64,000 bases of DNA, from the NCBI GenBank assembly GCA_964346755.1, contig CAYFWJ010000002.1, positions 5,939 to 69,938 of the forward strand, written 5' to 3'. This stretch comes from an uncultured Ectothiorhodospiraceae bacterium (GTDB taxonomy: Bacteria > Pseudomonadota > Gammaproteobacteria > CAYFWJ01). Every line of letters starts with the position of its first letter. Position 1 is the stretch's first letter. A program made the position numbers and the translations under genes. The notes under the pieces are model-generated. The model worked only from the letters and a program-made list of their open reading frames with translations, searched no databases and was not told the origin of the DNA. Positions 17,340 to 28,346 of the stretch are shown here, in pieces.

Positions 17340-18743
17340 CTAGCGGAATCGCTCGGGGGATTCGATCTCGCCGCCGGGTGAGGCGTCGACTGCAACAACC
17401 CGACAGCGGAGACGGCCGTCCGCGAGGATGAGGGTGAGCTCTTGATCGACTGAAACCTGGTCCGAACGACGCAGGATGCTGCCGCCATCGCCCTGACGGG
17501 CGATGGCGTAACCCCGCGTCAGCGTCGCCTGAGGGCCGAGCGCCCCGAGGGATCGCTCCAGCTGGGCAATCCGTTGGCGGTCGGTTCGGATGCGACGTTC
17601 CATGGCCCGGTTCAGGCGTGTGGCCAGTTCGCGGAGGCGCTTGGCCCGTCGTGTGATGCCGCGCTGCGGAAATTGCTGGTGCACGCGGGTTGCGAGGGCC
17701 CGCAGGATCTCCTGTCGGCGCCGCACGCGAGACGCGATCGCCCGTTCTAGGCGGGATTGAGATTCGTCGAGTCGTTGAGCCCGTCGTTGAACGAGGCGTT
17801 CGGGGTTTTGGCGGAGCAGGCGTCCAGCGAGTTCTTCGAGCCTCGTTCGATCGCGGGTGGCCCGAGCGATCGAGCCGCGATGGAGGCGTCGTTCGAGTGA
17901 GTGGATGCGGTCGAGCCAATCCCTTCGATGGGGGGATGCGGCCTCGGCGGCGGCCGAGGGGGTGGCACCGCGCAGATCGGCGACGAGGTCCACGATGGTG
18001 ACATCCACTTCATGGCCGACTCCAGCAACGACTGGCACGGGGCTCGCGGCGATCGCCCGAGCCACCGCTTCATCATTAAAGGCCTGAAGATCTTCTAGGC
18101 TGCCGCCGCCGCGTACCATCAAGAGCAAATCGCATTGGCCCCAGCGCTGGGCGCGGTCGAGCGCCTGACAAAGGGAGGCGGCGGCGTCTTGACCTTGGAC
18201 CAAGGCGGGTATGACGATGAGAGGGATAAAGGGTGCGCGGCGTGCGAAGACCGACAGGACATCCTGAAGGGCCGCCCCCGACTCGGAGGTGATGACCCCG
18301 ACACGTCGAGGGAAGCGGGGCAAGGGACGCTTGCGCTCGGGGGCGAACAATCCTTCCACTTCGAGACGCCCGCGGAGTCGCTCGAAGGCCTGCTTGAGGT
18401 CCCCTTCGCCGGCCTCCTCCAGGTGCTCCAAGATGAGCTGGAAATCACCGCGCGCGGGATAGAGACTGACCCGGCCCGCCGCGCGTACGTGCATCCCGGC
18501 CCGGGGGCTGACGACCGTATGGCGGTTGCGAAGCCGAAACATAACGCAACGGACTTGGGCCGCCTCGTCCTTGAGTGAGAAATACCAGTGGCCTGAGGCC
18601 GGGCGGGCGAGGTTCGACAGTTCGCCTTCGATCCAGACCAATCCGAGCTGGCCCTCGAGCAGTTGACGGACCTGCTCGTTGAGCTCCGTGACGGTCCATA
18701 CGTGTATCGGAGCGGCGGGTTTCACCGTCATGGGGTTGTCCAA
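17340..18743 (-). CDS. xseA: Exodeoxyribonuclease VII large subunit
   Basis: N-terminal OB-fold (VWIEGELSNLARPASGHWYFSLKD) and a coiled-coil, Arg-rich C-terminus; collinear with E. coli XseA. Confidence 0.9.
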   Translation of the reverse strand: MDNPMTVKPAAPIHVWTVTELNEQVRQLLEGQLGLVWIEGELSNLARPASGHWYFSLKDEAAQVRCVMFRLRNRHTVVSPRAGMHVRAAGRVSLYPARGDFQLILEHLEEAGEGDLKQAFERLRGRLEVEGLFAPERKRPLPRFPRRVGVITSESGAALQDVLSVFARRAPFIPLIVIPALVQGQDAAASLCQALDRAQRWGQCDLLLMVRGGGSLEDLQAFNDEAVARAIAASPVPVVAGVGHEVDVTIVDLVADLRGATPSAAAEAASPHRRDWLDRIHSLERRLHRGSIARATRDRTRLEELAGRLLRQNPERLVQRRAQRLDESQSRLERAIASRVRRRQEILRALATRVHQQFPQRGITRRAKRLRELATRLNRAMERRIRTDRQRIAQLERSLGALGPQATLTRGYAIARQGDGGSILRRSDQVSVDQELTLILADGRLRCRVVAVDASPGGEIESPERFR

Positions 18744-19453
18744 TGGGTCGCGGGGAGACGGGTGTCGGGACTCGAACGGCGTGGCGGACGGCCGAGTCGT
18801 CCGGTGAGGGCGCGGTTAGGATCGAGGCTCGGCCTGCGTGGAGCCACCGGACGGCGCGAGGGCCATCGTGCGCCGATGGTATACCGCTCCGGCCAGGTCC
18901 ACCGCTTGGGCATCGTCCCCCGGCTCGGTAGCCGCCTGGGTGTCATCGAGTCGATCCTGGGGGTCGCGCTAGTCATCGCCCTGGGGCTTGGCCTTCGTCA
19001 CGCGTTCTTGAGGCTTCGGCCGGGTCGTCTCGAAGCCGGTTTCCGGGGCGCGGCAATCCATTTCAACGGTAGCCGGAGGCCCGTCTTCGGTCATCAGCTG
19101 CCGCTGTTGGGCGCAACCCGCGGTCAAGATGGGTCACAGAGGAACAGGCCGCTGGCAAGGATCGCACAGCACGGCGAATCGAGCGGGGCGGGACGAGCGA
19201 CATGGGCGGATACATCTCGTCATAGACGTCGAGCGATTACGGGGGGCCGGTTCGTGGCCGGTGGATCGGTGATCAGCGGCACCATCGGCATGGGATAATA
19301 CCTGACCTGCGGTAAGGGCGCGTGTCATTCAAGGCTCCGCGTTGGTCCGTCGAACGGGGCGGAGGGCCGGTCGGATGCCGCGCTCGGACCAGGGGCTTCG
19401 AGTCCTTCCGAGTATCGGTTATAATCTCGGGTTTATCGTGATCTCGCCGAGAG

Positions 19454-20926
19454 TTGACCATGCGTCTGATCCAGGAAGCGCTCACCTTCGATGACGTTTT
19501 GTTGGTCCCCGCCTACTCCGATGTTGTCCCGGAGGAGGTGCGCCTCAAGACGCGTTTGACGCGAGGCATCGAGCTCAACGTGCCGTTGGTCTCGGCCGCC
19601 ATGGACACGGTGACCGAGTCGCGGCTTGCCATCGCGCTAGCCCAAGAGGGGGGCATTGGGATTATCCACAAGAATCTCACGGTCGATCAACAGGCGAACG
19701 AGGTTCGCACCGTCAAGAAATACGAGAGCGGTGTGATCAAGGAGCCGATTACAATCGCCCCGGATGTGAGCATCCGCTCGGTCCTCGAACTGACGCGGGC
19801 CCATTCCATCTCCGGCGTGCCCGTGGTGGACGGCCGTCGCTTGGTCGGTATCGTGACGAGTCGTGACCTGCGATTCGAGACCAATCTGGATCAGCCGGTT
19901 GCGGCGATCATGACCCCGCGGGACCATCTGGTGACGGTACGCGAGGGCGCGGACCGCGACGCCATCCTGAGTCTGATGCATAAGCACCGTATCGAAAAGG
20001 TCCTGGTCGTCGACGATGCCTTCGAGTTGCGCGGTTTGGTGACGGTCAAGGATATCCAAAAGGCGAGCGACTATCCGAATGCCTGTAAGGACGATCAAGA
20101 GCGGTTGCGCGTCGGGGCCGGCGTAGGCACCGGGCCCGATAGCGAGACGCGGGTTGCAGCGCTCGTCGAGGCGGGGGCAGATCTCGTCGTTGTGGATACG
20201 GCGCATGGCCATTCACGCCGGGTCATCGAGCAGGTGCGCGATATCAAGGTCCGGTACCCGGACCTTGCGGTGATTGCTGGCAACATCGCCACAGCGGAGG
20301 GGGCTTGGGCCCTGCGAGACGCCGGCGTGGATGGGGTGAAGGTTGGCATCGGGCCCGGCTCGATCTGTACGACGCGCATCGTTGCCGGGGTTGGCGTCCC
20401 CCAAGTGACGGCCGTCGCCGAGGTGGCCGAGGCCCTCCAGGGAACGGATATTCCGCTAATCGCCGATGGTGGGGTTCGCTACTCCGGGGATCTGACGAAG
20501 GCCATTGCAGCTGGGGCCCATGCGGTCATGATCGGCAGTATGTTTGCTGGAACGGAAGAGGCTCCCGGTGAGGTCGAGCTCTACCAGGGGCGGTCTTACA
20601 AGAGCTATCGCGGTATGGGGTCCATCGCCGCGATGCAGCAGGGGTCCAGTGATCGGTACTTTCAGGAGTCGGCTGCCAGTAGCGGACGCAAGCTGGTGCC
20701 GGAGGGCATCGAGGGGCGCGTACCCTACAAAGGTAGTGTGCTGACGATCATCCGCCAGCTAATCGGTGGCCTGAGGTCGGGGATGGGCTACGTCGGCTGT
20801 CGAGACGTCGAGTCGATGCGCACGGAACCTCGTTTCGTCCGCATTACCGGGGCAGGCATGCGCGAGAGTCACGTGCACGACGTCTCGATCACCAAAGAAT
20901 CCCCGAACTATCGGGTGGATAGCTGA
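19454..20926 (+). CDS. guaB: Inosine-5-prime-monophosphate dehydrogenase
   Basis: IMPDH barrel with a CBS pair and the catalytic loop [11 protein letters not shown]. The stop overlaps the guaA start. Confidence 0.95.
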   Translation: MTMRLIQEALTFDDVLLVPAYSDVVPEEVRLKTRLTRGIELNVPLVSAAMDTVTESRLAIALAQEGGIGIIHKNLTVDQQANEVRTVKKYESGVIKEPITIAPDVSIRSVLELTRAHSISGVPVVDGRRLVGIVTSRDLRFETNLDQPVAAIMTPRDHLVTVREGADRDAILSLMHKHRIEKVLVVDDAFELRGLVTVKDIQKASDYPNACKDDQERLRVGAGVGTGPDSETRVAALVEAGADLVVVDTAHGHSRRVIEQVRDIKVRYPDLAVIAGNIATAEGAWALRDAGVDGVKVGIGPGSICTTRIVAGVGVPQVTAVAEVAEALQGTDIPLIADGGVRYSGDLTKAIAAGAHAVMIGSMFAGTEEAPGEVELYQGRSYKSYRGMGSIAAMQQGSSDRYFQESAASSGRKLVPEGIEGRVPYKGSVLTIIRQLIGGLRSGMGYVGCRDVESMRTEPRFVRITGAGMRESHVHDVSITKESPNYRVDS

Positions 20927-22512
20927 TGAGCACCCATCCGGATCCGGATCCGCATCGGGATTGGATCCTGATCGTGGATTTCGGATCCCAGTATACGCAG
21001 TTGATCGCCCGTCGCGTGCGCGAGGCGAACGTCTACTGTCGTATCTTGCCCTGGAATCGTTTGGATGATGCCGTCCCAATCCCCCATGGGGTGATCCTCT
21101 CCGGGGGGCCGGAATCGGTCCTATTCGATGTTCCCCCTCGAATCCCGGCGTTCCTTCTGGGGTGGCAAGTCCCGATCCTCGGGATCTGTTACGGGATGCA
21201 GGCCCTCGCAGCCCAGCTCGGGGGGCGTGTCGAGCCGAGTGAGACGCGCGAATTCGGATATGCCCAGGTTCGCGCGCGCGGGCACTCTCGATTGCTGGCG
21301 GGTATCGAGGATACCCGCAACGCCGAGGGGCACGGGCTTCTGGATGTGTGGATGAGTCACGGTGACCGCGTCAGCGCCCTACCGCCCGGCTTCAAACCCA
21401 TCGCCAGTACCGAGAATGCGCCCTTGGCCGGGATGGCCGATGACGAGCGGGCTTGGTACGGCCTGCAATTCCACCCCGAGGTGACCCACACCCCTCAAGG
21501 GGCCGCCATCATTCACCGCTTTGTGCGAGACCTGTGTGCGTGTCGCCCCTTGTGGACGGCAACGCACATCATCGAGGATCAGGTGGCGACCGTGCGGGAC
21601 CGCGTCCCCGCCGAAGACGGAGTCGTGCTGGGGCTCTCAGGGGGGGTCGACTCCGCGGTCACGGCCGCACTGCTGCATCGCGCGCTGGGTGATCGGTTGG
21701 TGTGCCTGTTCGTCGATACCGGGTTGTTGCGCCAGGGTGAGGCCGATCAGGTGATGGCCACGCTCGGTCATCAGCTCGGGGTCGATGTGCGCTTGATCGA
21801 CGCCTCGGAGCGGTTTCTGGCTGCACTGCAGGGAATCGACGACCCGGAAGAGAAGCGTCGGACGATCGGCCGGTTGTTCATCGAGGTCTTCGAGGAGACC
21901 GCCACTCAGCTTCATGCCGTTCGCTGGCTCGCCCAGGGTACCATCTATCCGGATGTAATCGAGTCCGCCGGGCGGTCGGATGGATCGGCCAAGGTCATTA
22001 AATCCCATCACAATGTGGGCGGCCTTCCGGAGCGGATGGGTCTGCAACTGTTGGAGCCACTCCGCGAATTGTTCAAAGACGAGGTTCGGGCCATCGGCCG
22101 TCGTCTTGGACTTCCGAGTGAGCTGCTGGCACGACACCCGTTCCCGGGCCCTGGGTTGGCAGTACGCGTGTTGGGGCCGGTGACACCCGAGGCCTTGGAA
22201 ATCCTGCGGCGCGTCGACGCGATCTTCCTAGCGGAGCTTACGAAGGCAGACCTATACCGCCGAGTCGATCAAGCCTTCGCGGTTTATTTGCCGGTTTCGA
22301 GCGTCGGCGTAACGGGGGATTACCGTCACTACGGGCCCGTCATGGCCCTACGCGCCGTGTCCACGACGGACTATATGACCGCCGTTTGGTCTCGGCTACC
22401 GGAGGACGTCCTAGACCATGTGGCGCGCCGCATCCTCAATGAGGTCCCAGAGGTATCACGGGTCGTCTATGACATCTCGGGGAAGCCGCCTGCGACGATT
22501 GAGTGGGAGTAG
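20926..22512 (+). CDS. guaA: GMP synthase (glutamine-hydrolysing)
   Basis: GATase1 domain (catalytic Cys in GICYGMQ) plus an ATP-PPase domain (SGGVDS) and a C-terminal dimerisation domain ending ...IEWE. Confidence 0.95.
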   Translation: MSTHPDPDPHRDWILIVDFGSQYTQLIARRVREANVYCRILPWNRLDDAVPIPHGVILSGGPESVLFDVPPRIPAFLLGWQVPILGICYGMQALAAQLGGRVEPSETREFGYAQVRARGHSRLLAGIEDTRNAEGHGLLDVWMSHGDRVSALPPGFKPIASTENAPLAGMADDERAWYGLQFHPEVTHTPQGAAIIHRFVRDLCACRPLWTATHIIEDQVATVRDRVPAEDGVVLGLSGGVDSAVTAALLHRALGDRLVCLFVDTGLLRQGEADQVMATLGHQLGVDVRLIDASERFLAALQGIDDPEEKRRTIGRLFIEVFEETATQLHAVRWLAQGTIYPDVIESAGRSDGSAKVIKSHHNVGGLPERMGLQLLEPLRELFKDEVRAIGRRLGLPSELLARHPFPGPGLAVRVLGPVTPEALEILRRVDAIFLAELTKADLYRRVDQAFAVYLPVSSVGVTGDYRHYGPVMALRAVSTTDYMTAVWSRLPEDVLDHVARRILNEVPEVSRVVYDISGKPPATIEWE

Positions 22513-22580
22513 GAGACGAGTCCATCCGGTGTGCCTCATACGAATGCTATCCTTGAGAAAGTCAAAGGGTTTCGCCGCTC

Positions 22581-24230
22581 GTGCCCGTCGAGTCGCCTTG
22601 TCGCTGGCCCCACGTTATCGTGGTCGGAGTGTTTATGATCCCAATGGACGATGCTTCAACACGTCGAGATTTTGAGCTGCAACACAAGTGTCCGCACCTC
22701 GAAGCCCTGGCGGGAAGGGCCTCCATGGAGGTCATTGACGGGTGCATCGAGCGAATTGCCACCGACAACCGGGCGACCCTTGATTGTACGGCGCGGACCG
22801 AATCCCTTGAAGGCTTTGCCACGGCCTATACGGCGCTTGTGCAACGTTTCTGGTCCGTTGCCCGGCGGGGGCGCGCGGTCTCGAGCGACGAGGAAACAGT
22901 GCGGGGGCGGCTGCGGGACTTGGTTCAGGAGCTGATTGTCGGCTATAACCTGGTGATCAATGACCGCTTGCAACAGGACGCGGTTCCGGATCGCTCGGGG
23001 CTGACCCGGAGCGTCGAGCGTTGTGTGCGTTTCCTCGGTCTACTCGTCGTCGACAGCTACGGTCGGTATCAGGCGCCAGCGGATCGGGTTTGGTACGGCC
23101 TGCACCGTTTCTTCTTGTTCGCCGAGCAACAGGGGATTCAGGATCTGGAAGTTAGTCGTCCGGGCAGCGTCATCCCGAGCAGCATCCTACAGACCTATAA
23201 GCGTATCCTGCTCGTGGCCCTTGCGGATCCCTATCGGTTGGCGCCCGGCGATATCTGGGTGGTTTATCAGCAGCTTGATTACTCGCGATCGTGGGTCGAT
23301 CGGTGCCGGATCGGCGATCAACCCACGGGCGAGGAGAGCTCGGGATTCGTCCTCGATTTGGGGAGCGATGACCGGGCGAAACCGTTGTTGCCGGAAGAAA
23401 AGGCCTTTTTGAAGACCAAGCAGAATCGTCTTGTGGACCTACACGATTTCGTCGATGCCATCGAGGAATCGCTCATGGATCGAGAGCTGAGCCATGAGGG
23501 CAGCGAGGCGACTGGGTCGGCAGAGCGCCAGGGTTCGAATCCGGGCGTCACGATCCCCGAGCGGGGCATTGACGATCGGGTGGGCCAATCGGCTTTGCGT
23601 CGGGCCTTACACAGCTGGCGTCGTTCGGCTCAACGGCAATACCCGCGACAGCCCCGGGAAGATTGGGTGGAGTTGATCATGGGTTTTCGGGGGGTTCAGA
23701 ACTATGTTGACGAATTAGAACAACCCTCCAACGGCAGGGAGCTGCGCAGCCGCTCCGCGTATCGCCGCGGCCGACGATTCTTTCAGCTGATCGACGAGAG
23801 CTCCGGTGGCCTGGGTTTCCATGCACCCAAAAGTCGCATGGGGGAATCGATTCATGTGGGACAAACCGTGCTAAGGACATCCGAATCAAGCTTTAACGAG
23901 CGCTCGCCGGTGCGCTTGGGCGTTATCCGCTGGCTGAATGAACTCGGTGATGACGGGGTCCGCTTCGGTTTGGAACTCTTCGGCGATCAGGTGACGAGTG
24001 TTCAGATCCATCCCTCGGATGCATCGGTCGCAAAACCCATCGTTGGGGTCTACGCGCGATTCAGTATCGTCGATGAGGAGGGGGGGGTAGTGGTTAGTTC
24101 ACCCGGGGTCTACAGTCCAAGCCGTCACCTTGTGCTCGAGCGTCGCAACCAACGGTGGACGGTTTACGCAACGCGCCTCCTCAGTGCAACCATGGATCAG
24201 GAACTCTTCGCCTGCCGTTTGGCCCGCTGA
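22581..24230 (+). CDS. Hypothetical protein (549 aa) with C-terminal PilZ-like motifs (possible c-di-GMP receptor)
   Basis: The ORF is long with GC3-rich codons. The C-terminal third carries RRGRR immediately before DESSGG (RxxxR / DxSxGG-like), followed by beta-strand-like segments (VRLGVIRWL, VRFGLELFGD). The N-terminal ~350 aa are unassigned. The start could instead be an internal Met (MIPMDD...). Confidence 0.5.
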   Translation: MPVESPCRWPHVIVVGVFMIPMDDASTRRDFELQHKCPHLEALAGRASMEVIDGCIERIATDNRATLDCTARTESLEGFATAYTALVQRFWSVARRGRAVSSDEETVRGRLRDLVQELIVGYNLVINDRLQQDAVPDRSGLTRSVERCVRFLGLLVVDSYGRYQAPADRVWYGLHRFFLFAEQQGIQDLEVSRPGSVIPSSILQTYKRILLVALADPYRLAPGDIWVVYQQLDYSRSWVDRCRIGDQPTGEESSGFVLDLGSDDRAKPLLPEEKAFLKTKQNRLVDLHDFVDAIEESLMDRELSHEGSEATGSAERQGSNPGVTIPERGIDDRVGQSALRRALHSWRRSAQRQYPRQPREDWVELIMGFRGVQNYVDELEQPSNGRELRSRSAYRRGRRFFQLIDESSGGLGFHAPKSRMGESIHVGQTVLRTSESSFNERSPVRLGVIRWLNELGDDGVRFGLELFGDQVTSVQIHPSDASVAKPIVGVYARFSIVDEEGGVVVSSPGVYSPSRHLVLERRNQRWTVYATRLLSATMDQELFACRLAR

Positions 24231-24399
24231 TCCCCATGAATGCTAGGCTCGGTTACATGTTATAGCCACCGCTCCGGCGATGGCCGGATACAAAAAGATG
24301 GCGTCGACCATGGTTCGGGCCGTTTCTTGCGTCTGGCGAGCAAACCAAACGGCCACTTCACCCGCTGGCCATTGACGGGCTGGGATTTCCTGAGGCTGT

Positions 24400-24801
24400 T
24401 TACTTGATGACTTTGAGATTCGGACGCTTGCGCGCTCCTTTGTCCTGAGGGGGGTCTGTTGATTCGTGATCCGGAGGTGGAACCGGGTCCGGCTCATCGT
24501 CGCTGAACAACATGCCTTGGCCGTTCTCGCGGGCGTAGATCGCAACGACCGCGTGGACTGGGAAATCGAGCCGGCGGGGCTGCCCACCGAAGCGTGCTTG
24601 ACAGACGACACGGTCGTTCCCCAAGTCCAAGCTTTGCACCGCACGCGGCGAGAGATTGAGGACGATTTGTTGATCTTGGATATATTCTTGTGGCAACTCG
24701 GCTTCGCCGATGCGCGCATCGACGATGACGTGTGGGGTCATGTCGTTATCGACGATCCATTCATAAATGGCGCGGATGAGATAGGGACGGCTCGGAGTCA
24801 T
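24400..24801 (-). CDS. sspB: ClpXP protease specificity-enhancing factor (stringent starvation protein B)
   Basis: Collinear with E. coli SspB (RPYLxRAxYEWxxDN, PHxxVD, GQIVLNxxPRAV, AIYAREN, C-terminal ...LKVIK, a ClpX-binding tail). An AGGAAGGA RBS precedes the ATG at 24801. Confidence 0.85.
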   Translation of the reverse strand: MTPSRPYLIRAIYEWIVDNDMTPHVIVDARIGEAELPQEYIQDQQIVLNLSPRAVQSLDLGNDRVVCQARFGGQPRRLDFPVHAVVAIYARENGQGMLFSDDEPDPVPPPDHESTDPPQDKGARKRPNLKVIK

Positions 24802-24863
24802 AGCAATTCGCCCGGCACGATGTAACAGTCGAGATCCTTCGTATCTCGCGTGCAGTTCGGAAG

Positions 24864-25490
24864 TCAGGGGCGCATTTCCCGCTCCGCCTCGGTGAGGCTT
24901 GTTCGAAAGGCGGGCCGACAGAACATGCGTTCCGCATAGTCTAGGATGGGCGTTGCCTCGCTCGGGAGTTCGATGCCCCAGTGCGGCAATCGCCACAGGA
25001 TGGGCGTGATATAGCAGTCAAGTAAAGAGAATTCGTCACTTAGGAAAAACGTTTTCAAAGCGAAGAGGTCGATCGCGGCCGTGAGACTGTCTCGCAGTCG
25101 CTTGCGCGCTCGACTCATGGCACGATCGCTTTTCCCGTTCAGTTCGCCGACGAGGCCGTACCAGTCGTGCTCGATGCGGTGAAGCGCGAGACGGGTTTTG
25201 GCTCGGGAAACGGGGTCGACAGGCATCAGCGGCGGATGTGGAAACCGTTCGTCGAGGTACTCCATGATGACCCGTGAATCGTACAGGGATAGGTCCCGGT
25301 CGACGAGCGTCGGTAACGATTCGTAGGGCGTGACCGCCCCCTGGTGTGTCGATCGCTGCTCGGGATCGACTTCGACCACATCGACACTAATATCCTTCTC
25401 GGCCAACACAATTCGAGCGCGATGACTTTCGGAGTCCTGAGACGACGAAAACAGCGTCATGGAGGAACGACGGGTAGCGACGGACGCCAT
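24864..25490 (-). CDS. sspA: Stringent starvation protein A (GST-like RNA polymerase-associated protein)
   Basis: The N-terminus MASVATRRSSMTLFSS...SHRARIVLAEK matches E. coli SspA MAVAANKRSVMTLFSG...SHQVRIVLAEK. Confidence 0.9.
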   Translation of the reverse strand: MASVATRRSSMTLFSSSQDSESHRARIVLAEKDISVDVVEVDPEQRSTHQGAVTPYESLPTLVDRDLSLYDSRVIMEYLDERFPHPPLMPVDPVSRAKTRLALHRIEHDWYGLVGELNGKSDRAMSRARKRLRDSLTAAIDLFALKTFFLSDEFSLLDCYITPILWRLPHWGIELPSEATPILDYAERMFCRPAFRTSLTEAEREMRP

Positions 25491-25609
25491 TCAAAACCTC
25501 AATTGGGCCTACGAGATCCCATGAAGCCATGGCGTCCTGTCCCGTTCGCTCAGGGTGAGCGGATACCGAGAACGACACGACTCGGGGCATCCCTGCCCGA
25601 GCCCGGTCA

Positions 25610-26401
25610 TCAGTGGACGTCTTTCCAGTACTCACGCTTCAGGTAGTAGGCAACGATCAAGAAGAGCCCGAGATACAACAAGACCCACATTCCAATGCGT
25701 GGGCGGTCCAGCTTGGCCGGTTCAGCCAAGTAAACCATAAAGTTTACCAGATCTCGGATCATCATGTCGTACTCGGACGGGGTAAGTTCACCCGGTTGTA
25801 CGATCTCGAAACCATCGATGATCTTGGTCGTCTCCCCGTCGGCGGCCTGCGCCCCCCCGCCGTGGTCTCCACTGGGGATTGTCTTATACACCGGCTTTTG
25901 TAGCCCTTGGAGCTCCCAAAGCACGTGTGGCATGCCGACCCCGGCAAACACAGCGTTATTGACGCCGAGGGGGCGTGAGTCATCCACGTAGAAGGTCCGC
26001 AGATAGGTGTACAGCCAATCGGCCCCCCGTGAGCGTGCCGTCAACGTGAGATCGGGCGGGGCGTTGCCGAACGCGGACTCCCCGTACGATTCCGTCATGG
26101 CGTTCGTCATCTGATCGGCGAGCTCTTGATTCCCCACGGTCAGGTTGTTCTCAACCTGCTCTTTGGTGAGGCCGAGATCTTTGACCAAATGGCTATACCG
26201 CATGTAAGTTGCGGAGTGGCAGCCCATGCAGTAGTTTACGAAGTACTTCGCACCACGCTGCAACGAGGCTTGGTTGTTGAGGTTGATGTCTACCTCATCC
26301 AAGGGATAACTCTGGCCGCCCGCGGCCGATGCCAGCGGGATACCGCTGACGAGCCAGACGCCGGTGAGCAGCAAAGCAAACAACAGGGACGAAGGCCTCA
26401 T
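25610..26401 (-). CDS. petC: Cytochrome c1 (ubiquinol-cytochrome c reductase subunit)
   Basis: Signal peptide, the heme motif CMGCHS and a C-terminal TM anchor. Third gene of the petABC operon. Confidence 0.9.
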   Translation of the reverse strand: MRPSSLLFALLLTGVWLVSGIPLASAAGGQSYPLDEVDINLNNQASLQRGAKYFVNYCMGCHSATYMRYSHLVKDLGLTKEQVENNLTVGNQELADQMTNAMTESYGESAFGNAPPDLTLTARSRGADWLYTYLRTFYVDDSRPLGVNNAVFAGVGMPHVLWELQGLQKPVYKTIPSGDHGGGAQAADGETTKIIDGFEIVQPGELTPSEYDMMIRDLVNFMVYLAEPAKLDRPRIGMWVLLYLGLFLIVAYYLKREYWKDVH

Positions 26402-27627
26402 GTGTGGAACCTCACGCGCTCAGGTTCGGGTTTTGTCGGATCCATCGCCGTGTAGAACGGCATGAGGAGGAAGAAGGCAAAGTAGATTACCGTAAAGATC
26501 TGGCTCAGAACCGTCAGGGTCGGTGTCGCGGGCTGCATGCCGAGCCAGCCGAGCACCAGAAAGCTCACGATAAACAGGCTGAGCCAGGTCTGATGCATCC
26601 AACCCCGATACCGGATGGACTTCACCCGCCCTCGATCGAGCCATGGCAGGAAGAAGAGCAAGGCGATCGCGGCGAACATGGCCACCACCCCGAGGAACTT
26701 GTCCGGGACCGCCCTTAGGATCGCGTAGAAGGGCGTGAAGTACCAAACTGGGGCGATGTGTTCGGGGGTCTGAAGCGGATCAGCTGGTATAAAGTTCGCA
26801 TGCTCCAGGAAGTACCCGTTCATCTCAGGCATAAAGAAGACGACACCAGAGAACAGCATCAGGAACACGACCAACCCGACGGTATCCTTCACGGTGTAGT
26901 AGGGATGAAAGGGGATACCATCGAGGGGAATGCCGTTCTCATCCTTTTTCTTCTTGATCTCGATCCCGTCGGGATTGTTGGAGCCCACCTCATGAAGGGC
27001 CATGATGTGGACGACGACGAGCCCCAGCAGGACGATCGGCATCGCGATGACATGAAGGGAGAAGAATCGGTTGAGTGTGGCATCGGAGATCACGTAATCG
27101 CCCCGAATCCACAAAGCAAGATCCTCGCCGAAATACGGGATCGCGCCGAACAGCGAGATGATGACCTGGGCGCCCCAGTACGACATCTGTCCCCAGGGGA
27201 GCAGATAACCCATGAAGGCCTCAGCCATGAGCACCAGGTAGATCAGCATGCCGAGAATCCACACCAGTTCGCGCGGCTTGCGGTATGAGCCGTAGATCAG
27301 CGCACGGAACATATGGAGATACACGACAATAAAGAAGAACGATGCACCGGTCGAGTGCATGTAGCGGATCAGCCAACCCCACGGCACATCCCGCATGATG
27401 TATTCGACCGACGCGAAGGCCTGCTGGGCGTCCGGTTTGTAATGCATCGTGAGGAAAATGCCGGTCACGATTTGAATGACCAGCACGACGATGGAAAGCG
27501 CCCCGAAGTAGTACCAGAAGTTGAAGTTCTTGGGGGCGTAGTATTTAGCGAGGTGATCGTTCCAGATCGCTAAAAGCGGGAAACGATCATCAACCCAGCG
27601 AACCAGGTTCATCGCGGGATTTGCCAT
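26398..27627 (-). CDS. petB: Cytochrome b (ubiquinol-cytochrome c reductase subunit)
   Basis: Cytochrome b heme-ligand histidines and conserved motifs (PEW-like region, LPWGQMSYWGA). Overlaps petC by 4 nt. Confidence 0.9.
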   Translation of the reverse strand: MANPAMNLVRWVDDRFPLLAIWNDHLAKYYAPKNFNFWYYFGALSIVVLVIQIVTGIFLTMHYKPDAQQAFASVEYIMRDVPWGWLIRYMHSTGASFFFIVVYLHMFRALIYGSYRKPRELVWILGMLIYLVLMAEAFMGYLLPWGQMSYWGAQVIISLFGAIPYFGEDLALWIRGDYVISDATLNRFFSLHVIAMPIVLLGLVVVHIMALHEVGSNNPDGIEIKKKKDENGIPLDGIPFHPYYTVKDTVGLVVFLMLFSGVVFFMPEMNGYFLEHANFIPADPLQTPEHIAPVWYFTPFYAILRAVPDKFLGVVAMFAAIALLFFLPWLDRGRVKSIRYRGWMHQTWLSLFIVSFLVLGWLGMQPATPTLTVLSQIFTVIYFAFFLLMPFYTAMDPTKPEPERVRFHT

Positions 27628-28223
27628 TAGGCTGTACCTCCGTCTTCACCAACCACGATTTCATTGTCTGATGCATATCGATACGGTGGCACGGCAAGGT
27701 TCGTCGGCGCTGGAACGCCCTTGTAGACCCGACCCGCGAGGTCGAACCGGGAACCGTGACAAGGACAGAAAAACCCGCCGTGCCAAGTCTTACCGAATTC
27801 ATCGCTGTCGACGTCCGGTCGATAGCTCGGAGAGCATCCCAGATGCGTGCAAACCCCGACGAGTACGGCGACCTCCGGACGGATGGACCGTGTGGGGTTC
27901 TGGGTGTACGAGGGCTGCTGCGAGGTGACTTCGGAATCCGGGTCAGCCAGCGCCGATGCGTGCTCTTGGAGGAGCTCGAGCTGGCGTTCGGTCCGCTTGA
28001 CGATCCAAATCGGCTTACCTCGCCAGTCAACCGTCACTAACTGCCCCGGTTCCAGTTTTCCGACATTCACCTCGACGGGTGCCCCACTGGCCTTTGCCTT
28101 GACACTCGGGTTCATAGAGGCGACGAATGGGGCAGCTGCCGCAGCAACTCCCGCGCCTCCAACGACCGCCGTCGTTGTCGTCAGGAAGCGACGGCGGCTC
28201 ATATCGACATCACTTTCGGCCAT
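27627..28223 (-). CDS. petA: Ubiquinol-cytochrome c reductase Rieske iron-sulfur subunit
   Basis: Tat motif SRRRFL and Rieske boxes CTHLGC and CPCHGS. Confidence 0.9.
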   Translation of the reverse strand: MAESDVDMSRRRFLTTTTAVVGGAGVAAAAAPFVASMNPSVKAKASGAPVEVNVGKLEPGQLVTVDWRGKPIWIVKRTERQLELLQEHASALADPDSEVTSQQPSYTQNPTRSIRPEVAVLVGVCTHLGCSPSYRPDVDSDEFGKTWHGGFFCPCHGSRFDLAGRVYKGVPAPTNLAVPPYRYASDNEIVVGEDGGTA

Positions 28224-28333
28224 AGAATTCGTTCTCCCCGATGGAATCCAGGATTGAATCGTGTGGTTTCGCGTGTGCAGTACCCTGAGCGGCCTCGAGC
28301 GCAGCCGTTATCCGGTCCGCTTTATATGGGCCT

Positions 28334-28346
28334 GGCTAATTTAGCC
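28334..28346. promoter_or_regulatory. Perfect 13-bp palindrome GGCTAAATTAGCC about 110 bp upstream of the petA start codon (candidate operator)
   Basis: Read directly from the sequence. A regulatory role is inferred only from its position. Confidence 0.3.

Noticed and set aside
24231-24399. Possible bidirectional terminator between the convergent hypothetical gene and sspB
   Set aside because: Only short, imperfect GC stems (e.g. GGCCA...TGGCC) were found, with no U-tract. The evidence is insufficient.
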